The notes: a model not told the origin generated them from the letters alone. 64,000 nucleotides of DNA from Mytilus trossulus (GCF_036588685.1 NC_086376.1:22568001-22632000); one strand, 5' to 3'. Shown: positions 24,125 to 37,501, numbered from the stretch's first letter. Numbers and translations are program-made.

Positions 24125-25307
24125 TCACCAAGCAGAATACTCTTTCTGTATCTGACAAGATGAATAACAAACATTAGAGCTCGGTTTGAATGATGACAAT
24201 GTACAGTATGTGGATGGTACAATGAATGAGTGCCCTCCTGATAAGGATTGAGAAACTGGAAACAGTGGATCGCTTCCGAATGACTGCATGACTGCTGGCA
24301 ATTGCGTTCTTGTCGTTCCGAATGTAGATATAGGAGACTGAGTATTTTGATGTGAGTTGTAAGGTTTTGTATGCATAAGGGATCCTTTCATTGAGTATGG
24401 ATGAAATCCAATTGGAGATGATGTCATTGGTACATATCCGTTATTACTACGTGTGTAGAATTGATTGGATGAGCCATCGACGGTTTTTACAGAACTTTTT
24501 CTTGCTCTTCGCCTTGCATTTCGACGCCTGAAGTCTCCTTTTGCAAAATCCTCAATACATGCTAAGTGAACAGACCAATAGTTGCCTTTGCCGTTATCAG
24601 ACCGGCCATTTTTCACGAAACATTCGTTGAGAGAAAGATTATGCCGTATGCTGTTCCTCCATGCTTTTTCTTTGTTATTGTAGAAGGGAAAATTATCCAT
24701 TATGTATTGATATATATCATTCAGCAATAGTTTCTTGCTCGGTTTACTCAGTATTGCCATTGAAATCATAGCGATGTACGAGTGCGAAGGTTTCTTGTCG
24801 GTGGTACTTGAAGACAAGATATCCTTGATTGATCTGTCTAACGATATCTGAACCTACGAAAATAAACAGAAATGTTATAGAAAACAAACCAAACAAAAAA
24901 TTAAGAAATAAAAAGAGAGGGATCGATATTTAAAAATAATGATGATATTAATTAGTATCATTATCAATATTGACACTTTGCAACAAATTAAATGTAATTA
25001 TTGGTTTGCATATAGTTGAAAACCTGTATATGATATATACATAAACTTCTTCGCCCTTTATGTATGCTAATTTTTTATCAAAGAAATAAATATCTTTTCT
25101 TTTAAAATAGCATAAAAAAAATCCTCTACCAATTTACCAACATACCTGTGCAATAGATTCATCACTGTCACTGTGGCTACTTTCACTTTCACTTGTGCAA
25201 AGAGACGGTGTCCAAACTTCATCACCTTCGCTGGAGAAAGAATCTCTTTTGACTCTTTCTGTTTGTCCCCTGTTCAAGAAATTAATGCTTAAATGTGTAT
25301 TATTCAT
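24125..25307 (-). CDS. FoxQ2: FoxQ2-class copy 5, intact (exon 1 25307-25146, exon 2 24853-24125)
   Basis: Complete two-exon ORF, canonical splice sites, full forkhead domain. Confidence 0.9.
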
Positions 25308-26274
25308 GATTCCTAAATTTATTGTAGCAATCGTGTTGAGAAAAGATTACAGAATGACTTATACTGTTTGCCTTACAGAAAATATACCAGGCAAACCTGT
25401 TATTTTTTACAGTTTTTAGTCACGTGAACTTATTCAAATGGCATTGTGTTTTGAATTAACGGGTCATATTGTTGAATAAGAAAATATGTTGACAATTGAG
25501 AGTACATATTGTTTTTATAATTATCAAAACATTTTGTTTGAAAATATTAATGATTATAATACCAAAAGTAACGCCATTAAGAGCACAAAAAGGAAGAAGA
25601 ACCTTTAAAATATAAAAAAAAAGCGAAAACAAAACACAGAAAAAAATGAGCCACCTCACAAATAGTAGCCTAAACGAATGCCTAAGATTGACGAACTTGC
25701 AAGAACTTTAAGGAATTATGCAGAACACATGTACATTGCCAAACACATCTTTTATATGGTGGAACTTTTATCTTAACCGGGTGGGCAGCAATACTGCATG
25801 ATTATTAGTCAACTAGAGTATTATCCGCCCGCTATCTCGGGTTTCAATAATATGTTCTTGCTGTATTTTTTCGGAGTCCGTTTTAATCTACTTATTACAG
25901 AATTAAGGTTGCAAAACCTTAATAAAAGTTGACCTTCTGACAATTTGGTAAGCTTTTTTTTTTGTTGATTACTATAGAAAGTTTCATATAACTTTGCTTC
26001 TAAAAATGTATGGATGATTGTTTCTGTTGGATTTATTCAAATAACACATGATGTGGACATTAACAAAATATCAGTCGTTTTTATACCTCATACTCATTTA
26101 TGTTTGTGGTGATGTCTGATACCATATGTAGAATTCTATTGCCTGTATTTAGTATGGAATTGTCTATGTGATTAAGAACTAACCAACTGATAACGACCCA
26201 CCATTATTGTATAGATATGTGTTGCTCGTTTGTTATCTTATCAACCGAAACTAAAGTTCTCCGATGAGTATATA

Positions 26275-27948
26275 TGTAACACTCAGAAACGTGTCCTTCC
26301 CCCCAAACGTGTCCGATTCCTCAAAAAACATGTCTAGTTGAAAACTGCGCCAAAGCGTGTCATTTGTATAAACGCACAAACATGTCCATTTCTCAACTAA
26401 CCCCCAAACGTGTCCAATCCCCAAAACGTGTCCAATCCCCAAAACGTGTCCAATCCCCAAAACGTGTCCATATCAAGCGTTATTTGGTTATTGCTATTTC
26501 ATTAACGTATACTTATTTTACAATTTCATTAAAAATATACCTAAGGCACGTAAGTACTTTTTCCAACCGGAAGAATTAAACTGGGTTAAAGTGGGGGCGT
26601 CATTTCGGCTATATCGTTTGTAAATTGTAAGCAAACATGTTGAGTTAAACTGTACAATTAACGGGTCAAAGTGTCCCTTTCTCTGCGCGTAAAAACTTTA
26701 ATATTCTCTTTAATTATGCATGAAATACTGACAACTGGACAATTCGCAATCAACAGTCTAAATTTAATTTATTCAGTAGAACTAAAAAAAACATTAAAAC
26801 TTGTATGTTTTCTCTAATTTGCATGAAATACTTGCAACTGGACAATACGCAACCAGCAGTATAAAGTTTATTTTAACAATAGAACAGTTAAAACATTAAA
26901 ACATGTATGTTCAAATGTAAAAATAAAATAAAAACAGGTAGCCTACGTTCTCTCTAAATATAACTGCAAAAACATTAAAACTTGTATGTTCTCTCTAAAT
27001 ATGCATGACATACTTGCAACTGGACAAAACGCGATCATCAGTTTAAAGTTCATTTGTACAGTACAACTGTAAAAACATTAAAACTTGCAAAACTATTGTG
27101 CGCTCTAAATATGCATAAAGTACTTGCAACTGGACAATACGTAATCAACAGTCTAAAGTTTATTTATACACTACAAAATAAAGTTGCGTTGATCACATAA
27201 CAGCCATATTCATAAAGAAAAAGAATCTATAAATCTTATGCATGAACTATTTGGCACTGGACGTTATGTATGTTTCTTATCTGGTGTGTCTTTAGTGATG
27301 GTGGAAACCTAGAATTTATTAAAAAAAACGGATAACCAGTTTATGATTTGATGAGCTTTTCAAATACACACAAACTATTGACAACTGAGATTGACAACAG
27401 TGAAAGAAAATGCTGTTAAAAGCCCGCCATGCAATATTCGGATAAATATAAAAGGCATCGATCATCGGAGTTAATAAGTACAAAATAATAAACAAAGTTA
27501 ACGATTAATTCAACTCCAGAACTATGTGTAATGTTCGCTCTAAATGAATATGAAATACTTGCAACTGGACAATAAACAACTACAGTCAAAATTTTTTTAT
27601 AATAACAGATTTATTTTGCAATTATTATAATTATTAAAAACCTACATCGAACTAACTTAATCTGCTAAATGACAACTTCATCACGTGTGTCTCCTATCAT
27701 ATAATTGCCGTTAACGTTATCAGCGATTTTATTAAGAAGATACATATATTAGCGCTAAAAGACGTGTGACGTTTTGGCGTTAAATATTGGACACGTTTTG
27801 GCGAATAACAATTATCGGACACGTTTGAGGGTTATGAAATCGGACACGTTTGGGGAATATTGTTCATTTCGGACACGTTTAGGGAAAAAAGACACGTTTG
27901 GGAGAATCGGACACGTTTGGGGGAAAGGACACGTTTTGGAGTGTTACA
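26275..27948. mobile_element. 1.67-kb non-autonomous foldback DNA transposon (TGT..ACA ends, 4-bp TATA TSD; Ginger-like candidate)
   Basis: Ends TGTAACACTC..GAGTGTTACA. Arrays of AAACGTGTCC on the left and GGACACGTTT on the right. The empty site near 6493 has 8 nt of (TA)n against 6+6 here. Degenerate ~100-bp internal repeats at about 26700-27580. No transposase ORF. Confidence 0.82.
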
Positions 27949-28084
27949 TATATATGAATATATATTAAAAGGCAATTACAAATCTGTCCATAATAGCATT
28001 TGGACTGATTAATTCATAGCAATTTTCACTATCAAACTCATAATAAAATATGAATGGGTTCAAAACAATATTTTTTCATTCAAA

Positions 28085-28358
28085 TAAAATTGAGAATGGA
28101 AATGGGGAATGTGATAAAGAGACAACAACCCGATCAAATAAAAAACAACAGCAGAAGGTCACCAACGGGTCTTCTACGTAGCGAGAAATTCCCGCACCCG
28201 GAGGCGTCCTTCAGCTGGCCCCTAAACAAATATATACTAGTTCAGTGATAATGAACGCCATACTAATTTCCAAATTGTACACAAGAAACTTAAATTAAAA
28301 TAATACAAGACTAACAAAGGCCAGAGGCTCCTGACTTTGGACAGGCGCAAAAATGCGG
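28085..28358. mobile_element. ~275-bp interspersed-repeat fragment
   Basis: Absent from the paralogous site near 6630 (TTCAAA|CAACATTCC). It begins TAAAATTGAGAATGGAAATGGGGAATG, which recurs near 34094. Confidence 0.6.
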
Positions 28359-28958
28359 CAACATTCCGTAAATATATTTTTCTGCTCCGATCATTTTGAT
28401 ACAATAAACAATATAAGTAATTAGCAAGCCCTATAGATGTGAATGACCTTTCGACAAATACTAGGTATTAAAGCTCTCTAAAATTACTGATTTGATGTTC
28501 CTTTAAACTAATATTACATGCAGTGAACGAACAAAGACAGTTTAACTTAAATGATATCAAAAAGTGCAAAAACATTTTGGTGAATTTGGTTTTTTTTAAT
28601 ACTTGCAGAAGAATTAACGTGTTGTATACGCAATACTTAATCAATTCTGTATTGTGGTTTTATCATACTTCTTTGTCCTAGTGAAAAGGGTGCTTTTGGC
28701 TATCAAAAATCTTGAAAAGTAGAAAACAATCGATATACACTATAAAGAAAAGTGCAATATCAAGAGAAGAATGTAATTCGTGTGTTAAACATTTCAGTTA
28801 TTAGGACTAATATGAGAGAAGAAGAGAATATATTTTAGGACTATTTTTAAATTGTTGCCTTATAAGGGTGTATATTGACAATCCCTTTGTGTTTTGTAGA
28901 AGGACAACTAGTCCCGTGACCCCTTATTGTGTTTCTATTTTATTAAATCATTTTAAAA

Positions 28959-30900
28959 GTTTGGAAATCAAGAGATCTCACATTTACGTGAAAAGTTTAA
29001 ATTATTAAATCCTTTGTACTGTCCGTCATTGGATACGAAATTGAAATGAGAGGTATCCCGGATATATACGAAAAACAAATAAATAATATTATATGGTCCT
29101 TTATATGGGATGGGAAAACAAACCAAATCGCTAGAACAGTGTGCTGTTTACCGAAAGAAAAAGGGCGGATAGGAATGATAAACTTAAGAGACTTTATTAA
29201 ATCAAAACAAGTGAAAAGTATGTACAGTATTGTCAACTCAAAAACACAAAAATGGAATGCAATAGGAAAATACTGGTTAACGTCACTAGACGAAAAATAT
29301 GATACAGATTGTTTTATATGTTCTTGTTCGGACACTACATGTTTTAGGCAAATACAAATGTCCAAATATTATAAAGAACTCTTAATTTCCTGGACCGACT
29401 TACAGAAAATCCAAAATTCGGTCACGAAAGAGGACCTTTTAGAAGAAAATATTTTCGGCAATTGTAAATTTAAGTTCAAGGGACATGCATTATATTATGC
29501 AAACTTTGCCTCCAGTGGAATAAAAAAAATTAAAGATATATGGGACTTAAACAATAAATCCTTTGAAACTTCTTTTGATATTTTTAAAGTCTTAAAGATA
29601 AAAGGAATTGGATTGCACAATATAGTCGCATTAAATCTTCGTTAACACCTCAACAAATTGACGTTTGAAAAACAGATTCTAGCATACAAAGTCATTCTGA
29701 TAGACCTATAAAAATAATAAATTCTTGTCGATTTATAAAAAAATGGAGTTGTCGTTGATGCCAAAAAATTATGCCTAAAAGATATTAGATACTTTTATGA
29801 GAATAAAACAGCTCCAAATAGTCAGTTGAAGTGGAATTTACATTTTGGGAAGGAACTACCATGGGTTTACATTTGGGAAACTTTGAATAACAATTTAGGT
29901 AACAGGAAAATTAAACAATTTCAATGGAAGTTACTACAAAATATAATTTATACTGAAGAAAAATTACAAAAAATGAATCGCTCAAACGGGAAGTGTCACT
30001 TTTGCAATGAAAAATAATCACTATTTCATCTTTTTATTTATTGTAAACTGGTGGAACACGTTTGGCTGGAAATTTTTGAGAAAATAAAGGAATTTTGTTC
30101 AAAATTAAATATCCAAAAATTACAAAAATCGGAAATAAGTATAATTTTTGGGGTCATTAATGCAGATGCATCTTATACCCAAATTTTAGATACGGTGCTT
30201 ATAATCACGAAATGGGTTATCTGGAAAACTAGAAATATCGCAAAATATCAAAAGAAAGGGATAAGTAAAGCGATGATTTTAAATATGATAAAACATGAAA
30301 TGCAGTTTTTGCACAAATATCTTAAAACGAATACGAAGATAGAAGCCTTTTCCACTATGTGTGACATTTTTTGTATATAAATATATATTTTGCGTGGTCA
30401 GGTCAGTGCAATGACCTCTTTGATACTGATTGAACAATAATATGTACACTGCTTTCAACTCCCTACATGTTATTTCTGTTGTGTATGTATTCATGTATAT
30501 CATCTAATTGTAACAAGACATGATGTATCATATTATAAACAAATATTTACTCACCATATCTTTGAAATTAATCCTTATTGGGAATCAAAATCATTAATCC
30601 ATTTTATTTATGAATGAACTACACATCCCTTTAACAAATCGCACGTGGTAAATGATCACCCGACCAGAAATTTAATGTAATTGAAATTAACATAACAAAA
30701 GACGTGATGTACGATAAAATTGAAACTGCTTAATAAATACAGGTAGCCTTTGTGAGAAATAAATAATGATAAAAACATACTTTATTCAAATAATTATATA
30801 TGGTGAGAGGTATAGATATATAGATCGATAAGGACTACATGTATAGGTACATTTGTACAAGGATAGATAATATTTATAAAGGTGGATGTTAATAAAAAAA
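28959..30900 (+). mobile_element. 5'-truncated L1/Tx1-type LINE (ORF2 C-terminal part, 3' UTR, poly(A))
   Basis: ORF2 remnants SFIWDGK..CLPKEKGRIG, FQWKLL and a CCHC finger KCHFC..HLFYYC. Ends AATAAAAAAA. 14-bp TSD AAATCATTTTAAAA at 28945-28958 and 30901-30914. Empty site near 7340. Confidence 0.88.
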
Positions 30901-32772
30901 AAATCATTTTAAAAAGGTTTCCATTTTAAATTTTGTCTTTATTTTTTGTTCTTTTTCACATATTTGTGTTTTTCGTGAATCATCTATACAGAATCTGAAA
31001 ATATTGACCTGTATTTAGCTAGACAAAAACCATCTGATCCATACATTGTATTTTATGTTCGAAAAAAAACATGCTATACATGTACGTTACGTTTTGGAAA
31101 GTTAACACAAAGTTTTATCGATATGAATACAGACCTCTCTCTCATGCAATATAACTCGAAAGTAAACTGCCTGTTAACATATAGTTGTATAAAATATGTT
31201 TTAAAAAATTGTCAACCTTATTGTTCTTTTTTTTTACCCTAGGAACTGAAAATGTCCAATCTACACCTGGCTTATCAATGAAATGTTCATGCACTCCGGC
31301 ATTTGAAAGTGTTTAAATAATATACTAGTTTGCTTTTCAAGTAAATTAAACATTTTGTAGTCGCACGCTTTCTTGAATTTAAATTGCATTATGGGTAATT
31401 CCGGATGATGTATATAAAATGTGTAAGGTATATGGTACAAAGGTGTAACGTTAAATGACACAAGGTGTATGGTGTAATATTGTTGGTGTGTGGTGAATGG
31501 TATGAATGTGTATGGTGTTAGTAAGAAGTTAACAAACTCTAAGGACTGTAAATCCACAGGCTAAGTTCACCTTATATTTTAGTCTTAAATGTTTTTAAAA
31601 AAAGGCCTTGTATTTATTTGAACAAGTTTAGACTCATTAATGTTGGTGATATGAAATGTCAAAAACACCTTTCCTCTATATGAGACACCTCAGTTGAAAT
31701 CGTTTCAAACCAATTAAACCTAAAAATAATAACAAAGTTGATCAGTCACTGTTTTATAATAAAACATTGCGAAAAGTTGTATCAAAATTGTGCAAATCTT
31801 TGCTATAAGCTCTTTATACAAATGTGTATGTGTCCATATCTGTATAACCTTTTGCTCTGAATAAATAAATGCAGTAAATTGTAAGTTTTATTTAAAGCTA
31901 CGCATTGGAAGCAAATTCATATTCATTTTGTGTGAAGCAATTAATGTTTTAACAAGTTTATTTAAAATGAGCCAGGAATACGTAAGGCTTAAATTACTAA
32001 TCTTTGTTAATGATTATGCACAGAGAATCAATTACTTAAAACGAATCATATTAAAAAGTTGGCTTCATAGAATAAAAAGAGCATGGTAAAATATACTTTA
32101 TCATTTCAACGTTTAATAAAAAAAATCTTGAAAACCATCAAACAATAAGTCATATGTTGTACCATTTAACACTGAAACAACATGAGACAACTATCAACCA
32201 ACACAAAACGACGTTAAAGTAAGAAACTATAGGTCTCTCTATGGCCTTCGTGCTAATTTGTAAAATTATTGTTCAATACTACTCATCAACATATTGTTGA
32301 AGGTGTTATGAAGTGATAAAGTACAAATCAACAGTAATTTGAGGCATTTGAATGTCACTTGACTTTCTCAAAATGTCAGCGGCTGCCATATACATATATA
32401 GACTTCATCATCATTATGACTTACATTTGTCATCAGTCACAAATGATTAAGAATATAATTATTTATTACTTTTGGTTCACTATGACACCACTAGTTGAAA
32501 ATAGTGACGTTATGAAATGATCATAAGTAGTGACTAATTGTAGACATGTCCGTACGCAGTCTATAGTAAATTTCATGATCGAAAAGTAAATACTGTTTCG
32601 TTAAATTTTACAAACAGTTTAATTCTGTTATAAAAATAGTGCACTTCTCTTCCAAGTATTCGTTATCAAGACCCTCTGTTAAATCAAGCCCATTATTTTT
32701 TATAACCACTAAAATGTTTTCCCTATGTATTTTTATGAACTTATGAATTATAAGAAGTATAAGGGTAATTCT

Positions 32773-33720
32773 CTAAAAGTGGGACGAAAGATATCACAGG
32801 GACAGTCAAACTCATAAATCAAAAATAAACTGACAACGCCATGGCTAAAAATGAAAAGGACAAACAGAAAAACAATAGCACACATGACACAACATAGCAA
32901 ACTAAAGAATAAACAACACGAACCCTACCTAAACCTATACGGAGCTCAGGTGCTCCGAAAGGGTAAGCAGATCCTGCTCCACATGTGGCACCTGTCGTGT
33001 TGGTCATCAAATCCGGTAAGTAGTCTTACTCGGTAGGTCACATTTATGAAAGGGAAGAGGATTGTAGTTACGACGTATGAAACATATCCGATATCATTTG
33101 TGAAACAGTTATTCCATAACGGTCAAACAAATCGTGATTCTTCCGTAAAATTTACAAAGAGATGATTTCAACTTCATCATTTGGAAATCTTGATGTAATA
33201 GCCTCTTTGTGAGCAACAAACCTCTATCAAGAAAATCATGATATGAAATACAAGCAAGGGAATATCGTATCAATTGGGAGATATATACACCGTATGCAGG
33301 TGCTGCTAGAATGTTGCTACTTAAAAATGGAAAGTTCACAATAGGAAAGCTGAACTCATTTCTTTTGTCGTAAAGATTTGTTTTCAATCGACCCTCATTG
33401 TCAATTTTTAGATGTAAGTCAAGATATGAGGCCGATTTAACTTTATCTCTAGTTCAATGGGATAGACGCATTCGACATAGTCACCAAATTTTGAATTATT
33501 TAGTGAAAGAACATCATCTATATAGCGGAAAGTAGAGTTAAAGAATATTGCTAACTTCTTATCTATCTTCCTAACAAGTTCATTGTATGACGTCAGCCTC
33601 ATTATACTAAAGAAGCAAGTCGTCAAGAAGAGGGGCACAATTCGTTCCCACTGGAATACCAATAGTCTATCGATAAACAAGTCCTCCGAACGTAAAAAAT
33701 ATGTTGTCAATTAAAGTATG
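32773..33720 (-). mobile_element. Decayed Penelope-like retroelement (RT relic, most complete of the three)
   Basis: RT catalytic motif FRYIDDVLSLNN (ORF 33408-33710), followed by LYDKRNEFSFPIVNFPFLSSNI..AYGVYISQLIRY (33109-33387). Frameshifted. Superfamily assigned from recalled motif similarity. Confidence 0.7.
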
Positions 33721-35293
33721 TTTAGTTTCATATTGTATTAGGGCTGGTTTGGCCAAATGCTGAGTAAGTATTTATGCCTCCTTGGTTTGATTATTTAAGT
33801 ATTCCTGTATCAAATAAACCTCGTAGACGCTTTTACGTACAAAAATAAGAAAGTGTTAATTCCAATTACGAATTGTGAAACTATACCATTGCATCTTAAG
33901 CAAAACCTGTGTTGCAGCTAATTTCCCACACTATTTCATTAATGAATCAATGGTGATTCCATAAGTATTTATGCATATCAAAACATAATCTCTTAAACTG
34001 CATTGAATTACAATGTTTTAAAGCAATATAAAACTGGGGCCTTGCGGATTGGCTATGTTCATTGATGAACACCATACGGTAACATATAAAATATAAAATT
34101 GAGAATGGAAATGGGGAATGGGTTTTGTTCATTGATGAAGACCGTACGGTTACCTATACATGAATAAATTCAAACCACAAAAAACTCCGACGAAAATTCA
34201 AGTCCCTTATCAAAGTAAATTTCTATGGAATTTAGTCTTTTGAGAATAGCGGTATCAATATCTAATATACCACATCTTCTTTGTTATTTGTAATTGATAT
34301 CTCCTTAATAAATGTCATACGATTGATAGGCATTTAAAAATCGATTATAAAGCATCAGCTATTTCATAGAAATAGTATCTAAAATTCATAACAAGCTAGA
34401 ACGGGACAAAATATATTTTTCTATAAAACTAAATTTCATATATATATTTTCAAACTTATTATCACCTGAATACAGTTAGCAAGTTAATTACATGAACTGT
34501 TATTAGTAAGTTTATAAAGCCAAAGTAAAGGTTACAATAAAAATGTATAAACATGTATGTCTGAAAAATGATAATGTGTGATAACAGTAACCTTTTCAGC
34601 TTTTAAAATTAAAATTAGGGCTGTCTTTGATTATTACAAAATACTTTTTTTTTCAATCACAAAAATCAATAAATAAATCATACCACAGAATCCAACCAAT
34701 TATTCATGTTTATTTTTATGCCCTCATAGCTGTACACAATAAAGTGTATGCCCTTTTGAAATTCCCGCTCCATGTGCACACTAAACAGTAATGTTAATTG
34801 CACTTTAAATGATCCTCAGATTGATAACAATACTCATCAATTGAAAAAAAAAACTGATATTGCCCTTGGAAAAAAACATCCAAAAGACTCCGTAGAAATC
34901 AAAATAAAAAAGCAACAAAATGCAAATGTAATCAATTGTGTTTAATAATTTTATAGACAGTTGTAGAAACGGTGCCAAGTACCAGAGTATCTGTCCTGAT
35001 ATCAGCTAAATGTCAATACAACTTATTGACCTTAAACTCAAGAATTCTATACATAAACTGTTACTATATAGTCTTATCACCCAAGTACAATTGTGTCCTT
35101 TCACGATGCAGTTTTGTAGGTATAATTCCAAAACAAAAAGTCTTTAGTTCGTCAAACTAAATCTGTTAGTCTACGCTGATGACGTATACAAATTGTATAG
35201 AACTTCACTAAGCTTAATCAAACACTTAATTATCAATTATTCAAAAGCAGCAAAATCTTAAACCAACAATTGGTAATGTTGGATAAATCTTAA

Positions 35294-36454
35294 TCACCAA
35301 GTAGAAAACTCTTTGTGTTTCTGACAAGATGAATAAAAAACATTAGAGTTCGGTTTGAATGATGACGATGTACTGTATGTGGATGGTGCAATAAATGATT
35401 GTCCTCCTGGTAACAATTGCGAAACCGGAAATAGTGAATCGCTTCCGAATGATTTTAGGGTTGCTGGAAATTGCATTCTTGTTATTCCGAATGTAGATAC
35501 AGGAGACTGAGTTATTGGATGTGAGAAGTGAGGTTTTGTATGCATAGGTGATTCTTTCATTGAGTATGGATAGAATCCAGTTGGTGATGATGTCATAGGT
35601 ACATATCCATTATTATGTCGTGCGTAGAATTGATTAGATGAACCATCGACAGTTTTTACAGAACTTTTTCTTGCTCTTCGCCTTGCATTTCGACGCCTGA
35701 AGTCTCCTTTTGCAAAATCCTCAATACATGCTAAGTGAATAGACCAATAAATGCCTTTGCCGTTATCAGACCGGCCATTTTTCACGAAACATTCGTTGAG
35801 AGAAAGATTATGTCGTATGCTGTTCCTCCATGCTTTTTCTTTGTTATTGTAGAAGGGAAAATTATCCATTATGTATTGATATATATCATTCAGCAATAGT
35901 TTCTTGCTCGGTTTACTCAGTATTGCCATTGAAATCATAGCGATGTACGAGTGTGATGGCTTCTTGTTGGTGTTACTTGAAGATAATATATTCTTGATTG
36001 ATCTGTCTAACGATAACTGAACCTACAAAAATAAACAGAAATGTTAAAGAAAATAAACCAAATAAAAAATATATAAGAAATAAAAAGGAAATATTTAGAA
36101 ATAACGATGATATTATTTAATATCATTATCAATATTGACATTTTGCAACAAAACAAAGCTGTTGGTTTGCTTATTATTAAATACATTTATAAATATAAAT
36201 ATATTTCGCCCTTTATTTAAGATAATAAATATCTCGTTTGTTTTATATAGCATAAGATTCCTCTACCAATTTCATTTAGAAATATAACATACCTGTGCAA
36301 TAGATTCATCACTGTCACTGTGGTTACTTTCACTTTCACTTGTACATAGAGACGGTGTCCACAACTCATCCCCATCGCTTGAGAAAGAATCTCGTTTGAC
36401 TCTTTCTGTATCTGTGTTGTTCAAATAATAAATGCTTAAATGTGAATTATTCAT
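35294..36454 (-). CDS. FoxQ2: FoxQ2-class copy 6, intact, copy-2 subtype (exon 1 36454-36293, exon 2 36022-35294)
   Basis: Complete two-exon ORF. The exon 1 protein is identical to copy 2 (MNNSHLSIYYLNNTDTERV..IAQ). Confidence 0.88.
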
Positions 36455-37459
36455 AATTCCTGAATTTAGTTGAGCACTCGTGTTGAGAAAAGATTACAGA
36501 ATGATTTATACTGTTGCCGTTACAGAATATATACCAGGCAAACCTGTTATTTTTCACAGTTTTGAGTCACGTGATCTAACTCAAATGGCATTGTTTTTAA
36601 AATTAACAGGTCATTTTGTTGAATAAAAAATATGTTGACAGTTGAAGTACAAATTTTACTTATTTTTTACAAAAATATTATGTTTAAAATTATTTAAATT
36701 GGATAATACCAAAAGTTACGTCATCACATAAAGAAGGAAAAATGTGAAGACATAAAAAAAAGGATAAATACGACACAGAAAGAGATGAGTCACCTCACAA
36801 AAAGTGGACTAAACGAACAAACTGAGGTTGACAAACTAGTGATAACTGTAAAGGACCTATATATTCAGAACACTTTGCCATAGACACATCTTTTGTGCTT
36901 TTGTGCTTTTGTGCTTTTGTGCTTTTGGCCTTTTTGTTCAACTGGGTCACCAGCAATACTGGGTGACTATAATTTTACCGAGAGTATCTCGTGTTTCTGT
37001 GATACATTCTGGTTGCATTTTTCCGGTGTCAGTGTTGGCGTACTTATTACAGAATTAATGTTGGAAAACAAAGTTGTCCTTTTGCTCTTTTTGTTGATTA
37101 CTATCACACGTTTAATATTAATTTCCTTCCAAAGATATATAGATGATTGTTTCTGATAGACTTATTCTTGGTACACATATTGTAGACGTGACCATCAAAT
37201 CACTTGTTTTCATACCTCATACTCTATTTATACGACACTAATAAGTATATATCATCAACACATACATAACCAATGCATTTCAAACAGCTTAACGGGTGGT
37301 TTGTGATGTTTGAAACCATATGCTATATTCTATACTAAGGCTTTTCTACCTCAGAAATATATTACCTTAGCTGGATTTGGCAAAACTTTTAGGAATTTTG
37401 GTCCTCAATGATCTTCAACTTCGTACTTTATTTGGCCTTTTGGCTTTTTTGGATTCGAG

Positions 37460-37501
37460 TGTCACTGATGAGTCTTTTGTAGACGAAACGCGCGTCTGGC
37501 G
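37460..37501 (+). ncRNA. Minimal type I hammerhead ribozyme, duplicate of 14367-14408 (repeat about 37336-37537)
   Basis: Identical motif with intact core, at the same position relative to copy 6. Confidence 0.85.

Larger units (their letters stand above)
17400..24125. repeat. 3.1-kb single-gene tandem unit (same unit type at about 56700-61100)
   Basis: Offset 3107 between 19027/22134, 19300/22407 and 19979/23086; offset 3108 between copies 12 and 13. Confidence 0.88.

Noticed and set aside
26251-26579. ORFs with GIGHVL / QSPKRV peptide repeats, and a CRISPR-like look of the repeats
   Set aside because: They are translations of an 18-bp subterminal tandem repeat of the foldback element. There are no unique regular spacers or cas genes, and the context is eukaryotic.
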